DNA of 32,000 nucleotides from Methanopyrus kandleri AV19 (GCF_000007185.1 NC_003551.1:1-32000); one strand, 5' to 3'. Positions 9,239 to 18,263 are shown, counted from the stretch's first letter. Program-made: numbers and translations. Notes: generated by a model not told the origin, from the sequence alone.

Positions 9239-10450
9239 GTGTTACGGTGGTCGTCGGCCCTCACTCTCCTCGTCCTCGCGACGCCGGCCTCCGCGACGGT
9301 GTACGTGGCAACGTGGACGGGGCCCGGTCTGGACACCGACCCGAACCCGGAGACGAATTGCTGGACGACGAGCGTCTGGGACGTTAAGTGGTGGAACTCC
9401 CACCTCGACGAGGTGCCGGTCAAGGAGCAAATCGAACTCATACCCGTCAAGGACATCTCGAGGTGGCGTCGGATACTGTACACCGGTGTCGACCCGGTGA
9501 CGGGCCATAGAATCGACGTGGTCTACGTTCCGGGAGGGTGGAGGCCCGAGGAGCACTGGGGCAGTGATTGGGACGATCTCCTCAGGTGGGCCCAGTTGCA
9601 TCTCGGGATCGGGTACGTGGGAATCTGCGCCGGTGCGACGACGTTCATCAGGGCGTTCCCGTGCGTATGGAGCGTCGATGGACTGAAAGGGCACGCGCTC
9701 CCCGAGGTGTTGCTGCTACCTCACCCTGCGAACCCGCTGGTGCAGGAGGGCGAAAGTAGAGTCATCAGGATGTACTACGCCAACGGTCCCGGCATGGAGT
9801 GGAAGCGAGGCTGGTACACGATAAAGTACTACATCGACAAGAAGCTGCACAAGATTAAGGCGTACTGTGACGTTCAGGGCGTAATGAAGTACCTGGAACA
9901 CGTGAAAGGATGGGCCTACGTGGCCGGTCGGTGGATCGTAGACGGCGTCGAGAAAGGCCGGTTCGTTGTGATGAGCGTGCACCCCGAGATAATGGGCCGG
10001 AAGGACAAGGACCCCGACATGGTACAGACGTTCATCTACGCTATTCTCTGGGCGGCGAAGCGACTACCTTCGGGATGGAAGATACACTTGACTCTGGACA
10101 AGACACTGGTAGGTGTAGGCGAAGCCGTCAAGGTCGTCCTAAGGCTGGTGAACTCCGTAGGAGCTCCGATAGCGGACTTCTCCCCGATCTGGGTAAAGGT
10201 GGTCGGACCAGAAGGCGAGGAAGAACACGTACTTAAGACCAACGAGGAGGGCAAGGCGACACTGACGGTCGTACCCGAATCGGAGGGGCTGTATCGCATC
10301 GAGGCTTCAGCCGTGGACGTTCAAGCCACGGGATCCTTCTCGGTGGGCATACCACCGGTGCCTTTCCCGGTGGTCACGGGAGTTTTGATCGCAGCGATAT
10401 TAGGAATCGTCGTCACCCCGAGACGGGTTCGACAGAGCTCTCAAGGCTAG
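9239..10450 (+). CDS. Predicted secreted/membrane-anchored protein: signal peptide, BPL_N/class-I glutamine-amidotransferase-like domain, Ig-like domain, C-terminal transmembrane segment
   Basis: N-terminal LRWSSALTLLVLATPASA; GYVGICAGATTFIRAF (nucleophile-elbow-like); VGVGEAVKVVLRLVNSVGAPI... beta-rich repeat; C-terminal FPVVTGVLIAAILGIVVTPRR. Confidence 0.6.
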   Translation: MLRWSSALTLLVLATPASATVYVATWTGPGLDTDPNPETNCWTTSVWDVKWWNSHLDEVPVKEQIELIPVKDISRWRRILYTGVDPVTGHRIDVVYVPGGWRPEEHWGSDWDDLLRWAQLHLGIGYVGICAGATTFIRAFPCVWSVDGLKGHALPEVLLLPHPANPLVQEGESRVIRMYYANGPGMEWKRGWYTIKYYIDKKLHKIKAYCDVQGVMKYLEHVKGWAYVAGRWIVDGVEKGRFVVMSVHPEIMGRKDKDPDMVQTFIYAILWAAKRLPSGWKIHLTLDKTLVGVGEAVKVVLRLVNSVGAPIADFSPIWVKVVGPEGEEEHVLKTNEEGKATLTVVPESEGLYRIEASAVDVQATGSFSVGIPPVPFPVVTGVLIAAILGIVVTPRRVRQSSQG

Positions 10451-11074
10451 CTCGGTCAGCTCATCCGCAACGCGTTCTAGCACCATCGGTGGGATAGGGT
10501 CCGGATCCCGGATGTACCGCCCGGTCGTAACCAACACGTGATCGGATGGTGCCCCGTACTCCCTGAGCTCCCTCGCCACGGGCCCTTCGGCCTCCTCGAG
10601 CTGTACGACTCGCACCTCCTCACTGCCGTATCCGAACACCCCTCCGGTGCTCACGGTAACTGCTCCGAACCGCCGTGCTTCTCGAGCCAGGGCGGCGGTA
10701 ACCGGGGTCGTACGACCTCCAGCGATAGTAATCACGACTACGTCCGGTTCCCACGTGTCGACTAGTTCGGAGGCGTTTTCTTCAGTCACGAACTCGGGCT
10801 CCGCATGGACCTCCCTGAGGGGATGAACACGCCCCAGTCGCGCGGCGAACTCCGCCTTGTTCTCCCCAATTCTAGCTCCATGTCTTAGGTGTATGATATC
10901 ATCCGGCTCGACCCTCTGGCCGTCGACGCATACGATCCTCTTGGGACCTCCTCGATGAGTTTCGAGCAATCTCAAGAATACGCGGAAACCGAGCCTGCCT
11001 ATGCCGCACAAAAGAACGGTGCCGCGGGGACGCTTGCGGAGCTCGAGCTCCTCGATGAGTTCGTCCGGTTCCAC
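10400..11074 (-). CDS. hcgE: ThiF/E1-like protein, FeGP-cofactor biosynthesis HcgE
   Basis: GTVLLCGIGRLGFRVFLRLLE...RIVCVDGQRVEPDDIIHLRHGARIGENKAEFAA is an E1-like nucleotide-binding fold, and the gene lies in the hmd/hcg cluster. Likely GTG start at 11074 (ORF to 11164). Confidence 0.8.
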   Translation of the reverse strand: MEPDELIEELELRKRPRGTVLLCGIGRLGFRVFLRLLETHRGGPKRIVCVDGQRVEPDDIIHLRHGARIGENKAEFAARLGRVHPLREVHAEPEFVTEENASELVDTWEPDVVVITIAGGRTTPVTAALAREARRFGAVTVSTGGVFGYGSEEVRVVQLEEAEGPVARELREYGAPSDHVLVTTGRYIRDPDPIPPMVLERVADELTELALRALSNPSRGDDDS

Positions 11075-11166
11075 GCGTCTGATCCCCCATAATAATCGTT
11101 TTGGTATGCAATCGAGACGTCTTAGTAATAAGATCGTGAGGGAACCGACGGATGGGGGAGACACCG

Positions 11167-12018
11167 ATGACCGTAGCTAAAGCGATCTTCATCAAGTGCG
11201 GGAACTTAGGCACCTCCATGATGATGGACATGTTGTTAGACGAGCGCGCCGACCGCGAGGACGTGGAGTTCCGGGTGGTCGGCACGTCCGTCAAGATGGA
11301 TCCGGAGTGCGTGGAAGCGGCCGTCGAGATGGCGCTCGACATAGCCGAGGACTTCGAGCCGGACTTCATAGTGTACGGAGGTCCGAACCCTGCCGCTCCG
11401 GGCCCCTCCAAGGCCAGGGAAATGCTGGCGGACTCCGAGTACCCCGCTGTCATCATCGGCGACGCTCCGGGCCTTAAGGTGAAGGACGAGATGGAAGAGC
11501 AAGGACTCGGGTACATCCTCGTTAAGCCCGACGCGATGCTCGGAGCTAGGCGGGAGTTTCTAGATCCCGTCGAAATGGCGATTTATAACGCCGATCTGAT
11601 GAAGGTACTCGCGGCGACCGGCGTGTTCAGAGTAGTCCAGGAGGCGTTCGACGAGCTGATCGAGAAGGCCAAGGAGGACGAAATCTCCGAGAACGATTTG
11701 CCCAAGTTGGTTATCGATAGGAACACCCTGCTGGAACGCGAGGAGTTCGAGAACCCGTACGCCATGGTCAAGGCCATGGCGGCCCTGGAGATCGCCGAGA
11801 ACGTCGCCGACGTCTCCGTCGAAGGATGCTTCGTAGAGCAGGATAAGGAGCGCTACGTACCGATCGTGGCGTCCGCTCATGAGATGATGAGGAAGGCGGC
11901 GGAGCTCGCCGATGAGGCGCGCGAACTCGAGAAGTCGAACGATGCCGTCCTCCGGACACCGCACGCGCCTGACGGGAAGGTCCTGAGCAAGCGAAAGTTC
12001 ATGGAAGATCCCGAGTAA
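11167..12018 (+). CDS. mtd: F420-dependent methylenetetrahydromethanopterin dehydrogenase
   Basis: MTVAKAIFIKCGNLGTSMMMDMLLDERADREDVEFRVVGTSVKMDPECVE... typical Mtd. The internal ATG at 11167 gives a 283-aa protein. Confidence 0.97.
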   Translation: MTVAKAIFIKCGNLGTSMMMDMLLDERADREDVEFRVVGTSVKMDPECVEAAVEMALDIAEDFEPDFIVYGGPNPAAPGPSKAREMLADSEYPAVIIGDAPGLKVKDEMEEQGLGYILVKPDAMLGARREFLDPVEMAIYNADLMKVLAATGVFRVVQEAFDELIEKAKEDEISENDLPKLVIDRNTLLEREEFENPYAMVKAMAALEIAENVADVSVEGCFVEQDKERYVPIVASAHEMMRKAAELADEARELEKSNDAVLRTPHAPDGKVLSKRKFMEDPE

Positions 12019-12547
12019 CTTCTTCCACCCACTCTTCCTCCAACAGCTCGTCCAGCTCGCACCGGAAGTACGCCCGGAACATCACCAGGGAGCGTTTTAT
12101 TCCTTGCAGTTGTCGTTTCCTAATTCTCTCATCCGGTTTCAGCAAATTAGCGTGCACGTCCGTCCTGCCCAGGAGCGTGATCTCGCCGTCGTCGAGGCAG
12201 ATCGCACCCCTGCCGATACCCGCCGTGGTGCCGATCCCGACGTCCGCTCCGGTACGCTCACGGACGGCCCTGGCCATCATGACCGCTACCTTCCGGTCGG
12301 TCTCCTCCCGGTAAGCTTTGGCACCCGACTTCGACACCTCATCGGGTTCCGGCGGGTCTATGCCCAGAAGGGATCTCAGTCCGGACACAGTCGGGATGAA
12401 ACACGCCGCCACCACGGAGACCTTTCCTTCGAGCTCCGTGCCCAGTATCTCGGATCCTAACTCGCCTGTATACCCGCTCGCGGAAGCATGAATCTCACGA
12501 CCGACGAAACCGTGGGTGAAACACTCCGCGGTTGCGACCCTGAGCAC
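11999..12547 (-). CDS. hcgF: UPF0254 family protein, FeGP-cofactor biosynthesis HcgF
   Basis: LRVATAECFTHGFVGREIHA...YTGELGSEI...GSEVSVVAACFIPT-like motifs characteristic of the UPF0254/HcgF family, and cluster context. Confidence 0.82.
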   Translation of the reverse strand: MLRVATAECFTHGFVGREIHASASGYTGELGSEILGTELEGKVSVVAACFIPTVSGLRSLLGIDPPEPDEVSKSGAKAYREETDRKVAVMMARAVRERTGADVGIGTTAGIGRGAICLDDGEITLLGRTDVHANLLKPDERIRKRQLQGIKRSLVMFRAYFRCELDELLEEEWVEEVTRDLP

Positions 12548-12568
12548 CCAAGGTCCCCCTCATGACGT

Positions 12569-12577
12569 GTATTTAAC
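12569..12577 (-). promoter_or_regulatory. Putative TATA box for hcgF
   Basis: gtatttaac (minus GTTAAATAC), ~25 nt upstream of the hcgF start in the hcgF/hmd divergent intergenic region. Confidence 0.4.
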
Positions 12578-12671
12578 CGTTATCCCGTTGGAGCAGTCGG
12601 TGCGCTAATTAATCTCACCACCCGGAGGGATGACGCATTGGTAAAGATACCCTAACACGGGGTGCCCACGC

Positions 12672-13748
12672 ATGGTCGAGATCAACAAAGTCGCGATTTT
12701 AGGCGCCGGATGTTGGAGAACCCACGCCGCGACGGGCATCACGACGTTCAAGCGTGCGTGTGAGGTGGCCGATGAGACCGGCATCAAAGAGGCCGCTCTC
12801 ACGCACTCCAGCGTGACGTACGCCGTCGAGCTGAAGCACCTGGCGGGCGTCGACGAGGTCGTCCTCTCCGACCCCGTGTTCGATGCCGATGGCTTCACGG
12901 TCGTGGACATCGAAGAGGACTGCGACGTGGATCTGGACGAGTTCATCAAGGCGCACCTCGAGGGTAACCCCGAGGACGTGATGCCGAAGCTACGGGACTA
13001 CGTGAACGACATCGCCGATGACGTCCCGAAGCCGCCCAAGGGAGCCATCCACTTCCTGAGCCCCGAGGAGATGGAGGACAAGCTCGACATCGTCGTGACC
13101 ACAGACGACGCGGAGGCCGTCGAGGACGCGGACATGATCATCTCCTGGTTGCCGAAAGGCGGAGTTCAGCCTGATATTTTCAAGAAGATCATCGACGACA
13201 TCCCGGAAGGCTGCATCGTAGCCAACACCTGTACGATCCCGACGCGACAGTTCAAGGAGATGTTCGAAGACATGGGCCGCGATGATCTGCAGGTAACCTC
13301 CTACCACCCGGCGACCGTGCCGGAGCACAAGGGTCAGGTGTTCGTGGCAGAAGGTTACGCGGACGAGGAAGTTGTCGAGGCCGTCTACGAGCTGGGTGAG
13401 AAGGCCCGCGGACTGGCGTTCAAGGTCCCGGGCTACCTGCTGGGCCCGGTGTGCGACATGGCCAGCGCCGTCACGGCGATCGTGTACGCCGGCCTGCTGA
13501 CGTTCCGAGATGCGTGTACCGACATCCTAGGAGCTCCCGTGGACTTCACCCAGAACATGGCCGTAGAAGCACTGCAGATGATGGCGAAGTTCATGGAGGA
13601 AGAGGGTCTAGACAAGCTAGAGGAGGCCCTGGACCCGGCGGCGCTCACGAACACGGCCGACTCGATGAACTTCGGCCCGCTGGCGGACACGGAGATCCTG
13701 CCGAAGGCCCTAGAGGTCCTGGAGAAGTACTCGAAGAAGGCGGAGTAA
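12672..13748 (+). CDS. hmd: H2-forming methylenetetrahydromethanopterin dehydrogenase ([Fe]-hydrogenase)
   Basis: VAILGAGCWRTHAATGITTFKRACEVA, the NTCTIPTRQF motif carrying the iron-ligand cysteine, and YHPATVPEHKGQVFVAEGYA. 358 aa. Confidence 0.98.
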   Translation: MVEINKVAILGAGCWRTHAATGITTFKRACEVADETGIKEAALTHSSVTYAVELKHLAGVDEVVLSDPVFDADGFTVVDIEEDCDVDLDEFIKAHLEGNPEDVMPKLRDYVNDIADDVPKPPKGAIHFLSPEEMEDKLDIVVTTDDAEAVEDADMIISWLPKGGVQPDIFKKIIDDIPEGCIVANTCTIPTRQFKEMFEDMGRDDLQVTSYHPATVPEHKGQVFVAEGYADEEVVEAVYELGEKARGLAFKVPGYLLGPVCDMASAVTAIVYAGLLTFRDACTDILGAPVDFTQNMAVEALQMMAKFMEEEGLDKLEEALDPAALTNTADSMNFGPLADTEILPKALEVLEKYSKKAE

Positions 13749-13790
13749 GCCCCTTTACTTTCCCCCACAGTCTCTTTCCAGGGGAGCTCG

Positions 13791-14549
13791 TTGAAGGAAC
13801 CGGAACCGGGAATAACCGATCTCACGGAGACCGTCCGGTCACGTCCGTTCTGGGACGTCGTCAAGGAGATCGGGTTAGCTAAAGCCGAGGAAATCGCTGA
13901 AGTTGTTCCGGAAGGTTCCCGGATCCTCGTGTTGGGAGCATATCTGACAGGAATCTTCGTGGCGGAGCTCCTCTCGGAGGAGCACGAAATCACCGTCCTA
14001 GATCCCGAACCCGCGCTTCGGAAGATCCTACCCCCGGGTGTGAGGTTCAGGGCCAGTCGAGTACCTCCTCCCGGCCGCTACGATGTCGTGATAGACCTAA
14101 CGGGATTAGGCGGAACGAACCCCCGGGTGCTACGTAGGCTGAATCCCGAGGTACTCGTGGTAGAAAATCCCGCCGGGAACATGAACGACCCTCGAATCGA
14201 GGAGTACAACGACACCGAAGAGCGTCTGGAGGCCGGGGAAGAATCCTACGAGCTCCGGCTGTTCGACGCCCCGTTCGAGGCCAAGACTTCCGGCACGTTC
14301 ACGCTCTCCGTGAGGACCGTACGTGAGGCTGCGAACAGGCTGGAGCGCCATTACGGTGTCCTTTACGCCGTCCCGGGTGTTGTTAACCTCGAACGATGGA
14401 CCTTCAGACTGAGGAGACCCGAAGAGGGGGTCGAGCGAGCTCGGGAGAAACCGGCGGTGACGGTATCGCAGCTCACCGGTTCCTCGGACCCGGACGAGGT
14501 CATCGGGGAAGTCCTTGATGAGATCCTCTTCGAAATCCGTGAGCGTTGA
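13791..14549 (+). CDS. hcgC: FeGP-cofactor biosynthesis pyridinol C-methyltransferase HcgC
   Basis: Rossmann-type SRILVLGAYLTGIFVAELLSEEHEITVLDPEP...RYDVVIDLTGLGGTNP, directly downstream of hmd. TTG start. Confidence 0.82.
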   Translation: MKEPEPGITDLTETVRSRPFWDVVKEIGLAKAEEIAEVVPEGSRILVLGAYLTGIFVAELLSEEHEITVLDPEPALRKILPPGVRFRASRVPPPGRYDVVIDLTGLGGTNPRVLRRLNPEVLVVENPAGNMNDPRIEEYNDTEERLEAGEESYELRLFDAPFEAKTSGTFTLSVRTVREAANRLERHYGVLYAVPGVVNLERWTFRLRRPEEGVERAREKPAVTVSQLTGSSDPDEVIGEVLDEILFEIRER

Positions 14550-15279
14550 AGGCGTTCTGGAAGTTCTCGAGGGACTGGCACCGTTCGATCTAGCCGTCGA
14601 GGGAGACGAGGTGGGTCTCGTCGCGGGGGATCCCTCCGACTCTGTAGACCGTGTAGTGGTATGCTTAGACCTCACACCTCAGCTCGTCCGTCGGCTGTCC
14701 CCCGAAACACTCGTGATATCCCATCATCCCGTCCCCGGACCTCTGCTCGAACGCGTACGATCCCCCGTGATCGTGTTCCATTCGAACTGGGACGCAGCTC
14801 GAGCCGCGGAGGCCCTAGCCGAGTGGTTAGGGCTCGAAGATGTCCGTAAGCCGGATCCGCTAGCCGCCGAAGGCAGGTTCGACGGCACGCTCGAGGATCT
14901 GTTGTCGAGAGTGGAGGACGCTCTCAACCCTCCGGAAATACGAGTAGTCGCCACTAAAAACCGCATACATCGCGTGATCGTGGTCTCCGGGTTCGGACTA
15001 TCCACGGACCGTTTCGTTCGTCTCGCGGCGAAGGAGGGCGCTGACGCGGTCGTTTCCGGTGATCTAACCCACCGAACGGCCGTCGTCGCCCGTGTGCTCG
15101 GTGTGACCTGTGTGGACGCCACTCATGCACGTACCGAGCTGCCCGGGTTGAAGGAGCTCGCAGAGGAACTCTCGAAACGCTTGCGGGTGCGGGTAGAGCT
15201 GAGGTCGCCCGAGCATCCGGTGGGGGATCATTATCGTGCGTTTCAAAGACGCGCTGCGCGAAGTCAGGACGGATCGTAA
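14539..15279 (+). CDS. hcgD: NIF3-like protein HcgD
   Basis: LAVEGDEVGLVAGDP...VVCLDLTPQLVRRLSPETLVISHHPV and the C-terminal DAVVSGDLTHRTAVVARVLGVTCVDATHARTE match NIF3-like metal-binding motifs. GTG start chosen (ORF from 14515). Confidence 0.85.
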   Translation: MSVEGVLEVLEGLAPFDLAVEGDEVGLVAGDPSDSVDRVVVCLDLTPQLVRRLSPETLVISHHPVPGPLLERVRSPVIVFHSNWDAARAAEALAEWLGLEDVRKPDPLAAEGRFDGTLEDLLSRVEDALNPPEIRVVATKNRIHRVIVVSGFGLSTDRFVRLAAKEGADAVVSGDLTHRTAVVARVLGVTCVDATHARTELPGLKELAEELSKRLRVRVELRSPEHPVGDHYRAFQRRAARSQDGS

Positions 15280-16306
15280 GTTGGCCGATACCGAGGCCAT
15301 CGTTCGCTTACTCTCCGCCAAATCGGTTAGGGTACACGACCTGTTCCGAGCCGCCCTGAGCGAGAAACTCCACCATCGCGGAGAGCTGGTGAAGCTCACG
15401 TCAACGATACACGTAACCAACGAGTGCCGCATCCGGCCGAGATGTGCGTACTGCGGCTTCGCCGCGGGCGCGTCCCCGGAGGGTTACTTCGAGGGATTCA
15501 CACGGAGCTACGAGGAGATCGCAGAGGCCGCGAAAGCCATCGAGGAATCGGGAATCCCACGCGTCAGCTGCTCGGGAGCTTATCGCGGAGACGGGGGTAA
15601 GCTGGCCGTGACCGCCGCTAGGGCGGTGAAGGAGAACACCGACCTGGAGCTCCTCATCAACTTCGGCCACGACCTGTCCGAAGAGACCATAGCGGAGCTC
15701 GCGAGGCTAGACGTGGAAACCATTTGCTGTAATTTGGAAACCACTAATAGGGAGCTGTTCGAAAGGTTGAAACCCGGAGACAGCTTCGAGGAGCGCGTCC
15801 GTGTGTGCGAGACCGTATGTCGATACGGCATTGACCTGTCAAGCGGCCTCCTAGTGGGAATCGGTGAGGACTACAGGGACCGAGCCGAGCATCTGAAGTT
15901 CCTCGCGAGGTTCGAAACCCTCGCGGAAATACCCATTATGGGGTTCAACCCGTATCCCGGTACACTGATGGAACACGTGCCCCGTTGTCCGCTGTTGGAG
16001 CAGGCGAAGGTCATGGCCGTAGCCAGACTGATGTACCCCGACTTAATGATCACCGCCCCCACACCGACCGTGGGACCGGAGGAAGTCGAGGTGGCACTGA
16101 TGGCGGGTGCCGACAACCTGGCGACCGTGATACCGGACAACCATCCGCACGAGGTTAAGGGTGTCGGAAACCCGCGGACCGGCAACCTGGATAGGGTCGT
16201 GGAGCTCATCGAGGGGTTCGGGCTCAAGCCCGAGCTCAGGGGTGACCGAGCTTGCTCGACCTCCTGCACGAAGCTTGTGAATCGCTCGACGCAGCGCTCG
16301 AGCTGA
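15236..16306 (+). CDS. hcgA: Radical SAM protein HcgA (FeGP-cofactor biosynthesis)
   Basis: BioB-like radical SAM protein with the atypical CX5CX2C motif NECRIRPRCAYCGF (Cys codons 15425-15427, 15443-15445, 15452-15454). GTG start overlaps hcgD. Confidence 0.9.
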   Translation: MRFKDALREVRTDRKLADTEAIVRLLSAKSVRVHDLFRAALSEKLHHRGELVKLTSTIHVTNECRIRPRCAYCGFAAGASPEGYFEGFTRSYEEIAEAAKAIEESGIPRVSCSGAYRGDGGKLAVTAARAVKENTDLELLINFGHDLSEETIAELARLDVETICCNLETTNRELFERLKPGDSFEERVRVCETVCRYGIDLSSGLLVGIGEDYRDRAEHLKFLARFETLAEIPIMGFNPYPGTLMEHVPRCPLLEQAKVMAVARLMYPDLMITAPTPTVGPEEVEVALMAGADNLATVIPDNHPHEVKGVGNPRTGNLDRVVELIEGFGLKPELRGDRACSTSCTKLVNRSTQRSS

Positions 16307-17787
16307 AGCGGCTGGCTTACGAGGGGAAGCTAAGCGTCGATGAGGTGGTTACGGACCTGGGAGAACTCACGGATCGGGAACTCGAAGCCCTAGGTGACAA
16401 TCTGCGCACGTTTCCGATGGGCTGCGATCTGATCGAGCTGGCCGTAGGTCCCTGTGCCTCCGATTACTCCCCGGATGTCCTCCTTGCGAACGCCATCCTG
16501 GCGGACCGGATGGGATTACCGCTCCACGTGTGCGCGTACGCGGTGGCGGACGTCGCCGAGAACTACGGGATGAGGCCTATCGAGTTGTTCCGTCGCCTTG
16601 TGAGGAACGTTCGCGTGCCGGTGGACGTGGATCATATAGGAGCTCACGGCCCGATGCGGTTTCCGCGAGATATAACCGCGTGTGAGGGAACTTGCTACCT
16701 GGAAGGGCCGCCGTTCAAAGAGTGCCCTCGAGGTAGGATACATCGGCGGTTGATCGACAAGGAGAGGCAGCAGGGAGAGGATCTGGAGGAATGGGCGGAA
16801 CTGGCGGCCTCGATCTGTGTGAACGTCACGGGAGAAGGGGGACAGGACGCGGAAGCCCACGCCGCTCCACTCGATGAGATGAAGCGCGTCGCCGAAACGG
16901 CTCGACACTCGGGTGCGGGCGTCGGAGCCATCCTGCACGTCGCGGACGGCGAGGACGAGTTCGCCGACGGCCTCAAAGCGGCCGTCGAGGAGGTGAAAGC
17001 GGACTACCTAGCGGTCGAAGGAGGTCCGTTCAACCGAGCCGAAGATCGACTCTCGGCCTTCCGACGGGCCGTAGTAGCGTGCAGGGTATTCGCGCCCGGA
17101 AAGGTCGTCCTGACCAACGGGGCTTACGAGGACGAACTCGTCGTGGGACTGAGAGCAGGCTTGAACGGCGCCCTCTCAGGGTTCCCCAAAAATCACCACG
17201 GATACATGGTCGGGTACGAGCCCGGAACCGCGCGACGCGGTAAGTTCGGACTCCCAAAGGTTCTCGCGATCATGCGGAAGACGTTGGGCTCACGGTACGG
17301 GAACACCAAGGTGCCGGCCGGCTGGGAGGAACTCGAAGGGATCACGCGGGCCGCTCTCTTCCTGGGATCCAACTTACTGTACCCGCGAGACGTGGCCGGC
17401 ATCCCGATAGGTGACGTCCACTGGGTAGCCGCCCTCCGGTCCAACGCCGCCCGCGAGTTGTCCGATGAGGTCAGGTCCGTCGAGGAGGTCGCATCGGAAG
17501 TTGACGCCGATACCGTCGCCCTGTTGGGTGGGAGGTTCCCGGCCTGGGGTCTCGCCTTGACCCTCGACGAGCTGGGCGTGTCCGAAGTGCTGATAAGCGA
17601 TCCGGACGCGTGGGTCGAGAGGGCCACCGTACGGTTGCTGGACGAGGAGCTCGACGCCACGGTACACGCAATGGCTGGGGACGATCGCAAGGCCGTGAAG
17701 GAAGCAGACGCGGCCTTCGTGACGGCCGTCATGCCGGGGATAGCCGAGCGCCTAGCCGAGAGGACCGGGGCGATGACCGTGTGCTGA
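16252..17787 (+). CDS. hcgG: HcgG family protein (FeGP-cofactor biosynthesis)
   Basis: Large (511 aa) cluster-resident protein with MGCDLIELAVGPCASDYSPD and a Cys-rich central region CEGTCYLEGPPFKECPRG. Assigned mainly from context plus family recall. TTG start overlaps hcgA. Confidence 0.75.
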   Translation: MLDLLHEACESLDAALELKRLAYEGKLSVDEVVTDLGELTDRELEALGDNLRTFPMGCDLIELAVGPCASDYSPDVLLANAILADRMGLPLHVCAYAVADVAENYGMRPIELFRRLVRNVRVPVDVDHIGAHGPMRFPRDITACEGTCYLEGPPFKECPRGRIHRRLIDKERQQGEDLEEWAELAASICVNVTGEGGQDAEAHAAPLDEMKRVAETARHSGAGVGAILHVADGEDEFADGLKAAVEEVKADYLAVEGGPFNRAEDRLSAFRRAVVACRVFAPGKVVLTNGAYEDELVVGLRAGLNGALSGFPKNHHGYMVGYEPGTARRGKFGLPKVLAIMRKTLGSRYGNTKVPAGWEELEGITRAALFLGSNLLYPRDVAGIPIGDVHWVAALRSNAARELSDEVRSVEEVASEVDADTVALLGGRFPAWGLALTLDELGVSEVLISDPDAWVERATVRLLDEELDATVHAMAGDDRKAVKEADAAFVTAVMPGIAERLAERTGAMTVC

Positions 17788-18263
17788 AGGAGACGCTGCT
17801 CAAGGCCTGGTGGGAGTCCTGGGAAGGCACCCGCCGGGGTGACGAGGAGCGGGAGGTCGAAGGGCTCCGCGAGTACTTGACCTCGGCGGACCGGCTCGCG
17901 GTGGTAACGGGTAACGAGGACAAGCTCCGGGCGGTCAACAAAGTCCTCCGCAGGTTCGGGTTGCCGGAAGCCGAGATGATCAGAGTACCGACGGAGATGG
18001 CGGACGCGACGCCGTGTCCCGCCATCTTCAAGGCGATCATGGGAGTTCAAGTGTCGGACGCCGACGTAGTGATCGCTAGAGGGAGGTTAGGGGTTCCGGG
18101 ATCCGGAGCCATGACCGTGTTCATGGACGCGCGATGTAGGTTGCTGACGGCGGCCCTTTCTCCACCTCACGTCCTTCACGAGATGTCGGTGAAAGAGGCT
18201 ATGGAGCGCGAAGCGGAGGAAGCCCTGCGGCGTCTGGGTATGAGGGAGACCACGTCCCGTTAA
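17781..18263 (+). CDS. hcgB: Pyridinol guanylyltransferase HcgB
   Basis: LAVVTGNEDKLRAVNKVLRRFG...NTPase-like start and DADVVIARGRLGVPGSGAMTVFMDARCRLLTAALSPPHVLH. GTG at 17781 overlaps the hcgG stop; the longer tracked ORF start at 17610 is inside hcgG. Confidence 0.83.
   Translation: MLKETLLKAWWESWEGTRRGDEEREVEGLREYLTSADRLAVVTGNEDKLRAVNKVLRRFGLPEAEMIRVPTEMADATPCPAIFKAIMGVQVSDADVVIARGRLGVPGSGAMTVFMDARCRLLTAALSPPHVLHEMSVKEAMEREAEEALRRLGMRETTSR

Noticed and set aside
11236-11964. Antisense ORFs opposite mtd (11236..11502, 11560..11964)
   Set aside because: mtd is unambiguous on the plus strand. The antisense translations resemble no family and are explained by codon-position composition.
12630-12644. 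Tiny upstream ORF ATG ACG CAT TGG TAA preceded by GGAGG, 28 nt upstream of hmd
   Set aside because: The GGAGG is only 1 nt from the ATG, too close for a normal Shine-Dalgarno, and a 4-codon ORF can arise by chance. Ribosome profiling would be needed to revive it.
12999-13328. Antisense ORFs within hmd (12699..12956, 12990..13328)
   Set aside because: They are shadow ORFs of hmd with no recognisable family and no independent promoter-like sequence.
17610-17780. Upstream start for hcgB in the ORF track
   Set aside because: It lies entirely within hcgG in another frame. The HcgB-like sequence begins at the GTG at 17781, which overlaps the hcgG stop codon.
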